A stretch of DNA of 64,000 bases from Owenia fusiformis. Lineage: Eukaryota. The number at the start of each line of letters is the position of its first letter. Positions within the stretch are counted from its first letter, which is position 1. The stretch lies in contig CAIIXF020000001.1 in the NCBI GenBank assembly GCA_903813345.2, positions 39,370,001 to 39,434,000 on the forward strand, in the 5' to 3' direction. The notes below the pieces were generated by a model that saw nothing but the letters and a program-made list of their open reading frames with translations, ran no database searches and was not told where the DNA came from. Positions 39,701 through 51,700 of this stretch are shown here, in pieces. The position numbers were made by a program, and so were the translations under genes.

Positions 39701-42700
39701 AAGGCACAGAATACTCCCTAATTAAAACTTAATGTAAATAAATACATTATATATAAATATAATGTTTATTTATTTTTAATAAATTTTTTCTAGTAAACTA
39801 TTAAAACAGAGGACTGACACAGAGTAATATTTTTTATGTTGCCTTAACGGGAGTTTTATCTTCTGTGCCCTTCCCATCTTTACTAGAAGCTCCTATGGCA
39901 AGGCTGAAAATACTTGTAAGCATACATCTGAAAGTATTTTATCCAGATAATTGATTTCATAGTTTAGGTGGGGCTTATAAAAATGCCACAAAAACATTCT
40001 AATTATACTACAATGTTGCCCCACCAAAAAATTTTTACATTAACCATGCGTTTGAGGTAACAGATCTATTTTGTTAATGATACAAAAGACATAAACATTT
40101 ATTATAGAAATATCACTTATATATATTTTGAGATCATCTTTTATAAAATACTAATATTTGCTCAACCCCTTCCCAAGGGAACACTTCTCATTTGACATTG
40201 TCTCCTAAATTGGCTCCTAAAGGCATATTGAACATGTTTTATACAGGTTTAATGTCAAATTTTCAATCGAAAATTCATCTTTACTTGTTATTATAAAGTA
40301 ACAGTGACTTTGAAGTTACAATTATTTTGATATTCAAGTTATATTAAAGTCTACTAGTTATAATGATAGCAAAATAAACATACTTTATGTCAAAAACCAT
40401 TCCTTAAAATTATCTTATATTATCTTAAGATTGACATATGCATTACAGAAAGCACAATTTAAATGATAAGTTTTTACTGTGTTATCCTTGTAGTTTATTT
40501 TAGATCACCTACTAAGAGCCATTACCTTGGATTACAACTCCTATTACATTCTAACCCTGCAATTGAAGCCAGTATTACGATCTTGAGATTATGTCTAAAA
40601 ATGGCTATTTTCAATAGGCTAGGTTTCATGAAGAATATCTAGTGAGATCATGAGTTTTTATGTTTCAGTATTTTTATCACACTGAATGCAAGGTGTTTCT
40701 TGTTTTCTGGTTTTGTGTCTATAAAATGGCTACTGTGAATTGCTTTAATTTGATGCTGTTTAATTTGACTGATTAGGCAAATTTTGAAATTTTGGGACAT
40801 ATGCGGGTTTCATCACGGTTGGAAAAGGGTATGTACTAGACAGGGGTATTATAAAAAACCTACATAAAAACACTAATATATGAACATATATCTATACCAA
40901 GCACATACATTTCTTTTTCCTTAAAATTAAGCCTTGTGGAAAGATTTTCAACATGTGTAGATATGATTGCAATATTAGTATATTAGTCCCAAGTTTGATT
41001 CTGCAAACTTCTACTTTTTCTATCTAATATTAAGACTAGAGCTTCTGGCTTTCGGGTGAAAGTATTTAAAGAAGAATGGAATGTATTCCCACTAGCATTT
41101 AAAACTTACATCTATCAACATTTACTGTAGAAGTTGATATATTTTATCTTTTAAACATTTTGATGATTTGTATTTCCTTCGTAATGCAGCGTGAAGCTAT
41201 GAATTGAAAGTCTCAGGCCAGAACTGTTTCCAATTACTATAATATTGATACAGATTTTATTGAAAAGTTCACATCTATTTTCATGAATGATATTATATTA
41301 TATCTTAATAACCCAGATGCGAGTAGAAATAATCTTGATTTACGTCATTAAAAATTCAAAATTCAGTCAAAGTAATATCATATTTGAAATCTACATGTAA
41401 AATTATATCTAAAAATGTGGTTTTAAAAAGTGTTTATCAACTTTGAAAAATTAATTTTCTTTGAAAATGTGATTTCTAGCTCGGGGAGATTCTCCATAGA
41501 CCCCATGCTATAAAACCACAAAAAATGAAATATATTTTCTTTTAGTGGACAGATGATATTTTGCTTTACTGGACGTATTTTTATTAGTATAAGTATCAGA
41601 CACATAAGGGTTATATGAAAATTGAGCCACTTAAATTGATAATATTCAAGTTTAAGGGAACTTTCTTATATACCTGCCATGTTAATTGACCCGTATCAGC
41701 CACCTGGTGGTGAAACTGGTAACTACTTACTCGCATTTGGGTAATTGGATCAATGTAATATTGTTATTCAATAGTCCCATCTTCCCCACTTTCCAGTATG
41801 CTCTTATAAGTTCTGATATTGTTGAAACCAGCAGAGGAATTCAGAATCTGTTATTCGATTGAAGGTTTACTTGATGTATATTGTTCTATGAATATTTGTA
41901 TTCAGAGGGTGGAGCTCTTAGTAGATTACTCTTCAAAGAGACTTAAGCAGCCTAATTTCAATCAATAATTAAGTTAGAATAATTTGCTTTTGAACTTGAA
42001 CTGTACTTCTTATCAGAATGACCCTTCCTGTGAATGTTTTCATGATCAGAATGAAACATCCCTCATGTCATACTTTTTGGATTTTGAGACTTTGAATGAA
42101 AATCTCACATCTCTCGTCCCAGTTTCATGTACATTAAATCAGTAAATCCTGCAAATGAAAAGGTTCACAAGAAATTGAGCAAAAATTTATCAAAGTTCAA
42201 GATCCTGCAACTCGGTGGGCCCAGGCTAATTTCAAAATGGAAAACTGTTAGGAGTGCCTCTCATGTAGACTTGTCACAGCATCCTTGCTTTTTCTATTTT
42301 GTTTCTATTTTGATAAGATTTTGTAATAAAAACAAATAAAAAAGATACTAGTGGCTAGACTACCTCACATGGAGTTGTATATAAAAACCATCAGTCATTT
42401 ACTCATCATTTTTTATGTGACCATGTGACCCATATTCGAAATTAGCATTCAGCATCTTTAACTTATAATTTTCCACAGAATAATAAGAACTTATAATATT
42501 CACAGTAATATTCAGATTGACTACATATTTATACTATGTGAACAGTTTTAGTCATGTTATAAATTTGAACAGATTTTTTGGCAAAATCTGTATGGCAATG
42601 AAATCAGGGACTTTAAAAACAATTTTATAACATAGCATTAAATCAAGGAGTTATGATGAGCTATAACTGACGAAGTCAAGGTTAGATTCACTTTAAAGTT

Positions 42701-45700
42701 ATACAATAATTGCCTTTTCTGTTCATATTTTGGGCAATATCTGTTACCATAGCAACGGATTGTGATACTTAAAACACTTCTAATACTTATGACTTCATAG
42801 GAATGACTTGAAATATCATGGTCAGATTGACTTAAGATTCATGCGGTGATCACCTATAGGTGTGTTGTAGACATCTTGAGACTTTGGGCAATATTGGTTA
42901 CCATGGCAATGGGTTAATGAACTTCCATCAGCTCCAAATCTTATCTCTTCATGAATGAAAAGATTTTGATCTGAGTTTGAATAATATCAGAAGTTTTATT
43001 AAATTCTAATTGGGGAACATGTCTATTTTCGTTCTTTTCTATCCATATTATTCTCAAAATCTTATTGTTAAACAATAATCAAGATTATGGGCAGATTATT
43101 ATTTTTTCATTAAAATCCCTTTTATCTACTCCATATAAACTGGCTTGAGTGAATATCTTGTTAGAATACTCTTGAAGAATATGACCTCTGTGGGAATTAA
43201 TATTGATTGGTCGATGCTAATGCGATGTCCTCTGTCTGATGTTATATTGAAGTGAGAAGTTCGCAAGTTGAGATAAATGACATTGTGATGTCACAATGAA
43301 CTATTAGAATCATTGCCAGGATCTCTAAATCGGAGAATAGATTTACTTTTATGGAAACTGTAAAACGTTACTTCCTACAATTAGCTCTATGCATTTCCTG
43401 AACATTCATGGCAATTATTCCAGATTATTGATGACAATTATATAAATTCACTGAGGATCTGTCTGCCTGGTAATAGTTTTGTTAGTGTGTGTGTTAAAGT
43501 GTTTGCCTGTGACATATCTGATATGACTTTGCCAATGTAATGTAATGTATTTGTGTGATATCACGTTTGTCAGTTAGAACTCCATATTTATCTGCACATG
43601 TACTGTACTTGGATTTAGATTGAGAATAGCCATCATCAATTCTTGTAAATGTCAATATGTCATTTTTACCATGAGGAAATGAAATACAGGTGGTGGAATC
43701 ACTTGTACGTTATCCCTTGTTTGTATCGTTATTTTCATTGAATTCATCTTTACCTTATAATTGTTTTTCAGTTCCATCAAAGCCAACTGAGCTGACTCTT
43801 GAGTTGACACAGACTGACCCCCCTGTTGTGAGCGTCATGTGGGAGAGTCCAGAGAAACCCTATGGGGTCATTAACAATTACAAAGTAGAATACAGACGCA
43901 AAGATGACATACATGATTCGAAAGATGAAGAACTGATTGGTGAAAGATTCCAGTTTGAAACAGATTTTCTTGGTAAGTATATAATTAGAAATTAACATGT
44001 ATTCCATTAAATACAATCAAATATATCTATCCAAATCTGAACCAAAATTCTAAATAGTGAGGGTATATTGAAGGCACAGGCACCTCTGAGAGTATTGAAC
44101 TTCAGCTGAAGTGATTAATTAATTGATTAATTATATTAATTAATCATTATGAAATAAATCACTTTTGAATCGACCATGATTTAGATATTAATCATTTTAT
44201 AATCTTCAATTTTTCATGTCGTCAGTTTGAGAAGTCAGGCAGAATAATTTTCTGTGAGATGTTCAGGTTGGAGTTATTCCTCAAGTCTGATATCCTCTAT
44301 AATTGTTTTAAAGGAATGCTATGAACAAATATCTTGTTGCTGGTATAGTTTGCAACTCAGTTGTTAATATTTGGATTATTAGAAATGTATATCTTAAGGT
44401 TTGAATTAATTGCTAAAATGATTAAAGATGGATATTTATCTTTTCATTTAAAATGGTGGATATCTATATTAAAATATAATTATTGTCGTGATCATTTTTT
44501 TTTCTGTTAAAATCATAAGACACTGCAGGAATATTGCTGGTTTGATGACATACAGTAATGGTATATGGATGTCCCTGTCAAAAGTGTTGGGACTCCAAGG
44601 CATGCCATGCCCCCTCCCTGTTACCTCTCTCAAATCAAATCAAAAATATGGGTTAATATCCTGGTGCAAAGGATTGAATATTCTTCAACAAAATAATTTT
44701 AGATTAATCAGAGGTGGATATTTTGTCTACCTCCTGAAGCCTTCATGTCATTTATAGATAAGTATGATCAATCCTGCAGGTCTGTAATCAGTAATAGGTA
44801 ACCTCACTTATATAGGTTATCCTTCTACTTCAGTTTCACTACATAAATTGTTTTGAGTACTGAACTTTTATAGAATTAATTGTTGGGGCAATTTACAAAG
44901 TGTGTTCTTGCTGCATTTGCAGTTTCTTCACCAGGCTAACTGAGATTTTAATGATTGTCAAAATTCTGAACTTGCAGTCGAAATGTTGAGGCATGCGCAG
45001 ACCTCTATTTAGTGATATTTTCATTTCAAATATGGCGGCCAATCCGATGTCTGACGACCCTTACAAAGAATCTAGGCAGTTTGCATTTTTACCTCCTGTG
45101 AAATAACAAGTGGAATTTAGTAGTTGTTTTGTGTTTTATTATCATTCTACATCGTAATTCTATGTGATGTGGTGTTGAAATGTCAGCAGAAATACATATC
45201 CATACGATAATCGAGTGAATCAGATAACAGATTTTTCGAAAACCCGTCTCGTGCTAAGAGTGTAAAAACTTGTATTAACATGCTCAAAGGTGCCAATGTG
45301 TACATCAATGTCAAGCTAAATCAATGTTGTGTCTAAAACAGGTACCCGATCTACTCAAAACAGCTTGTCATTCACGTATACACGCTTAGCAAACACGGCG
45401 AAATGACCTGAATCTTGGAATTTCGTTCAAGAGCTAGTAATGTTTGCTCCGGTCTTCGTCATAAGTGTTCATCAGACTTCACGCATGCGCAGGAGAAAAA
45501 CCATCAACCAATAAGGTTTATAAATCAATTTTGCGCATGCGCCTTACAACGGTAAACAAATTCGTATTTATAAACGAACCAGTTTGAGATAACCCGATAT
45601 CAGTCGGAGAAATCTGACGATCTACGAAACTCACTTCAAAAAATCAAATGCGGACTGACGGCGTATTCTACTATGTTTGGATCTAAGATTTTCAGTATAG

Positions 45701-48700
45701 ATAAAGTCTTTTATGATCTTTCGAATGAGGTAAGTCTCTAGTTCGACAGACAATCGTATCAACTTGAACAAAAGTTGAGTTTTGACGAAAAATTTTAACA
45801 TGCGCAGAAGTCCCATTTTCGTTGTACCATATTGACTGCTTGGTGCAAATTTGAAAAGAGTTAATATTCCATTTCTCAACTGAATACAAAGTCTGCTTGC
45901 TTCAAAAATGGGTAAAGCTACTTCAAGGCTATGCCATTCATGGGAGTATTTTGAAAAATATACAAATTTGCAAATACAGAGCTTATAATTCCTATTTTAT
46001 TAACTGAGAGGCTCGAAGCATTTCCTTTACTCATATAAGATTTCTATGGATTTGTAATTTAGGATATACAAAAATAGTTGCAGGAGGCTATCTGCGATTC
46101 TCACCTGTGAATTGCAGGGTTATGGAGATTAACCTGAGAGCGCACCTGTATTTTGAGGAGATGTTTTCCTGCTCTTATCTGTCATAGTATCAAATGTTGC
46201 AGGCTTAATTAATTTGAGCTTACAGATCAGGGATATGGAATACCACATGTGAGAGGGCCTTTGCCAGGTTTTCTCTTATCATATTGGATAAAGGCTAGGG
46301 GGTGGGGGCATGTTCTTAATGCGAACTAGAGTGAAATACAGAGAAATTACTCAAGATTTATAACCTGATCAAATATCCCACATCAGTATTATGCAAAAGT
46401 GTGAAAAACCAAAACTTTCCAGTGAGATTAACTAGGAGAAAAGACATGAATTAATCAAAACTGGGTGAAATATTGTGAGGGTTTCATCAGGATTTCATAT
46501 CTCAGATAGTAGCATGGTGTTTTCTACATGCCACAGGTGTGTTAGTGGTTTAAACTTCAGAACAATATATTTATCAGTGGAATTCAAAGAAATGCTCTGG
46601 AAACAATCTTCTTCCGGTTTACTAGAAGATAAAATGAGTATCCTTTACAAGATCTGGACTTTGCCTATTGATTCATAATTAAAGGTATTAAGGTGATAAT
46701 TGTGGACTGATGTCATTAATTCATTGGATAGAGGCAATAACTTATATTTAATAGGCTACATTTTTGAAAAGTTCCAAGTCATGTTTTGTGTTGTGTTGCT
46801 AATTTATGATTCATAAAGATTAGCTGAGTTACAATGTATATGCATTACAAAAGAATCTCCATTCACGAGGTTAATATACAGAATTTCCTGTTCAATCTAT
46901 GACACGACACATCTCTGTACAATACATACATGTTATTTCAATCTATCTGTCAGATAGTTTGTTAGCACATAATGGCATCTTCATTCACTCGGCTCCCGTC
47001 AATGAATGATGAATGCAGTGAAGACCGGAGCGTGCGAAGATGACATAATGGTAAAATAGGTCAATTTCCTGACTTAAAAAGCCCATAGTTTTACCATGTA
47101 AAATGTTTTCTACTTGCAGATAAAGGCACAGAGTATGAGTTCCTTGTGTCTGCCAAGAATGGTGAGGCATATGGAGAAGCAGCAGTGGAGACTATCACCA
47201 CACCTGATGGGAGTTAGTATATTTGAATATGTATGACACAATTACTCGTGTAACCCAACATTCAAGCCCCAAATTGAACAAAAAAATGAAAAGATTAATC
47301 AGATTTAACCATTATCCATTTGGGATGCTGCAGATGAAATATAAAAGAAATCACATTTAACACTAAAAGAAATGGGCCAAATTAAGTGCCTGATAATTCC
47401 TCTTTAATTGCCTCTCTATTACATACATGTATTGTTGTTTCAGTCCCAGCAGCTGCCCCCATGAACTTCACTATAACAGGAATAAGTTCAACCAGTGTCA
47501 ACTTAGCGTGGGATCCCCCACCCAAGAAACAGCGTAATGGGGTCATAGTTCAGTATGAGATCTTGTATCATAAGTCCTCAGACTTTATCATGGAAACAGA
47601 TGTTAACACTACTGACATGAGCACAGAAATTCAAGGACTTGAAATGGACACAGATTATACATTCAAAATTAAGGCCTATACAACCCAGGGCGCAGGCCCA
47701 TGGTCTCATAAAGTACCCTTTACCACATTCGGACAGTGTAAGTTTTGCATGATTCCTCGCCCTATCGTGAATTTTGCTAATAAATCAATGTATGTTGCTT
47801 TTTTTATTATTAATGTTTTATGAATTCATTTAGTCAGTTGCGCCCATTCCTAGCTTTTTAGTTTGTTTGCTTTTGAGCATCATTAGCTGTCTGCAATAAA
47901 ACACAAGAGATGGCTGGGTTCACCTAGTCACCACCAGGACTAACCACTAAACAACCATGCTGTGATTTCTATTTCAGTGCCACCTCCTCCCAAGAATATT
48001 GAAGTCAGGAGGACCAGTCCCACGAGTCTTGAGGTGAGCTGGGACCACCCTATCTTCCAAGTAGCTGGCTATAGGGTGTGGTACAATGGCCAGGCAGTAC
48101 CAGACATAAACCAATGGAGTCACAGAGACATCGGACCTTTCAGAGTAACTGAAATCAGTGGTCTGGATAAAACCAAAGCTTATGCTGTTCGAATTCAGTC
48201 CAAATCGAATGATGGTCGCTATAGCAACCTATCAGAGATAGCAGTCGACAGTTTTATACCTCCAGGTGTGCCATCTATTTTTTCTTAGTGCTTTCTTTAA
48301 CATATGAATATATAGTATTTGCAATTCATGCCATCATTATTGTTTATTTTGTTAAGAACATATGTAAATTAGGAATCACATAAATTCAATAATAACTAAT
48401 TTATAACTGTAGCAACATCATGTATAGAATAGAATTCTTGATGCAGTGTCAGAGATCATTCCAGATTGATTCTGTTGTAGTACACAGGGAACAACACTTT
48501 AAAAATATTAGGAATGTGTGACAAGCTACCTGTTTTAATGATTGTGTCTGAGATTGAAATATTGAGCCCCATTATTTTTGTTTTTTTAAAGTTTTTGAAC
48601 TCAACATGTAGATATGGAAGGGGGGATAAGTCAAAACAATCAAGAATATATCTAGCCTAGATAGAACCTCTAAACTGAGTTTGTTAAATGTGTTTTAGAA

Positions 48701-51700
48701 CGACCTGATATGGTGACCAACTTTCATGTTGTCACTCAGGACAAGCAGAGTGTTATGCTTGAATGGGATCCACCTAAAAGACCTGGTGTACAAAGATATA
48801 AGGTGAGTTTCAACCTACAGTTAATGCTGTAAAAACTATGAATATAGTACAGTCATTTGTGGATAAATTGAAGATATGTGGTCTTACTTTCATTAAAACA
48901 GTGATTGATATGGTTAGAATGAAAAATAAAATTATTCTTGAAATGAATGTTTGTTTTATTTCAGATTGTGTATTATGGACGTGGCCAGGTTGATAATGAT
49001 CTGGGAAATGAGTTGCCAAGGCGTACAAAGACAGTTACAAGGGACAATACTCGAGCTTATATAGAAAACCTAAACCCAAATTCAATCTACAACTTCAATA
49101 TCAGTGCGAAATTTGAAAACAGCTGGGGACCAGCCTATCATACTGTGGTAGAAACAAACAAGGATGGTTGGTCTACTCTACTATTTCACTAGAGTGTTCT
49201 ATATAGGTTGCCGTTTCACGCACCTAGTGTGCTAGCCTGCGGGTGTAGCAGCCCGACAGTATTCACATTGTTTATTCACCTCCCCTTTAGGGGGTATAGG
49301 CTCACCGAGTCTTATGTTTGCGCTGTGTGGAAGAATTTATGTACGTGTTGTGTGTCTGTTCCGTCCTGTTTGCTCAGTATGCATAGCCTGTATTTGTATT
49401 TTGTACTCTATATACACATACACATTATCTTAAATGTATAGATAAGTCGTAGGAATTATCACTATCATACACGCTTCCATTTATGGTCATCCCATTCGAT
49501 ATTGTTGTAGATAAAAATTGTTATTTTAATATTTTAAACACTAAGTTCTCATTCAGTTCTATTAGTTTTAGTTACCCTTACTCAGTGTAAAACCTAGCAC
49601 CATATTTTCTAGGAGTTACAATGGAGAAGGGTTCATGTAGTATTCAGTTGACTTTTACATACAGCCCTAATTATCTTCTCATCCCCCTCCCACTATATCA
49701 CCTCAAAAATAACTCTTTTGCAGAATAATGATCAGTTAAAATGGTTAAACCTGTAATAATGAGCGTTCCATCACTGTTTTAGCTCCTCCCGTGTTTCCTG
49801 CCCCTGTTCCCAAGGTGGCAAACCCTGATGATTCTGTGACAGTTCAATTGACTAAAGCCTCTGAAGAACATGGCAAATTAAGCCATTATCTAGTGGTTGT
49901 TGTTCCTGAACACATGGCAACAAAGGATACAAACCTTTACACTGAAGATGAGGTAAATGTCAATGAAAACAATGTAAACAAGAATAAACGTGTGATTTAC
50001 CTTTACAAAGCAATATTTGTGTATTTGAATCAGTTGAATTAGGAAATACAGTTTTCTCATTTTGACAATTATTCAATTGTTAATGTTGTGTAAGCATAGC
50101 TTATTTGATATATCATTGGAAATATGACATATGTTAAGGCTGATCCTTATCATCATTTAAATGAAATGTCTCTTAATTTAAATAAGAAATACCAAAATGG
50201 AACTTGACCAATGTAATTGGTTTACAGTTGAGCCCACCAGAAGATGACGATCTGAACCCATTGATGAAGCCATATATCACTGCCTGGTTCTCACCCTCAG
50301 ACCTCCCTGAAATGTTCAATGTAGGAGACCAAGAGATTTATGGGCGTTACGTCAACAGACCCCTCATCAAGGGACAAACTTACAAAATGTTTGTTAGGGC
50401 ATTTTCAACACAAACGGTAAGGCTTGATAAAGGGAACTTTTGTACCTTTAATAAGCAATCAAGTCTCATTGAAAAAAGACTAAAAGGTTCAGATGTCTCC
50501 TTGTAATTTTGATATAGTTCAATGTCAGATTGCTGACTGAGTTAGAAAGTGACACCTTTAACAATCGGCATCATAAAATCAAATGGCCATTTACAGATAT
50601 ACGTCATAAATAAAATAATTATGGTTCTTGTAATCTTGTTACTATTGAAATCTCATTCGATTCAATTCGATTCATTCGAATCAAAATTCTTTATGCATAC
50701 TTCGCTTAGTGACTATTTCAGTAAATTGAATTATTTGATACGACCCTAAAAGTCGACACTGTGATTTTGCATAGTTGTGTCATGTCATCTGAAGATTCTG
50801 TTTTGATTTCTAGGATCTGTATACATCTAGCAAGTTCTCTAAAAGCTTGAGGACAGACATGGTCGTCCAGACAATTACATCTGGCCCAATCTCCAAGAAT
50901 GGCAACATTTGGCTCATCATCGGTGTCATCGGTGGTGTCCTATTCCTTGTCATTGTCTGCTCTATCATTGCAGTGATCTGTGTACAGAGGTAACTCATAT
51001 TTATGTTTATAGTTAGTCTTGTATCCGTCCCTTGTGATCACCACCCTAACATAGTCTTGCATCAGATATTAACAATTGTTTCTGCTACAATATGATTTAA
51101 AGTCAATTTTTGTTTATCTACATGTGAGCTATTGGGTTATTGCACAAGTAGTATAACTGACTAGAGCATATGACTATTACAGTGCAATGATCAATGAATA
51201 TAACATACCTAAAGAGCATTTGGGGAGGCTTGCTATATTTTCACAGTTCAAAATGAAGTTAATATCATTATAGTTCACCCCCTCCTCCTATATAAAGAAA
51301 TTTCAAAAGCTTTGATTGCCATTTACTTAATTTTCACTTGAGCGTCAACATTTCACTCCAAAATCTTCATTTACCATTTACATGATAGACGTTTCCAATA
51401 AATAATGCCATCTTTTGATCCATCAGAGAAACTAATATATTGGCTAGACTGATGATATCATTGGTTGTAGGTAGCAATATGCAAAAATAGTGCTAACTAT
51501 TGCTAATTTTGATAAAGTACTACCTATGACATCATTAATCGAGCTGTAGTTTCTGTAGTTTCTCTGATTAATCAAAAGTGGCATGATTTATCAGAAACGT
51601 CTATTAAGATTGATCTTCATTAGCTTTTGATAGTTGGGCATAATCCTTTATAGCATAATATTTACTGATTTGGTTGTTTTATCCCAAAAGTGACTCACAA

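Noticed and set aside
43690..43771. Hydrophobic in-frame extension upstream of FN3-6
   Set aside because: Starts at GTG, with an in-frame TGA at 43672-43674 and no in-frame ATG; explained by the pyrimidine tract.
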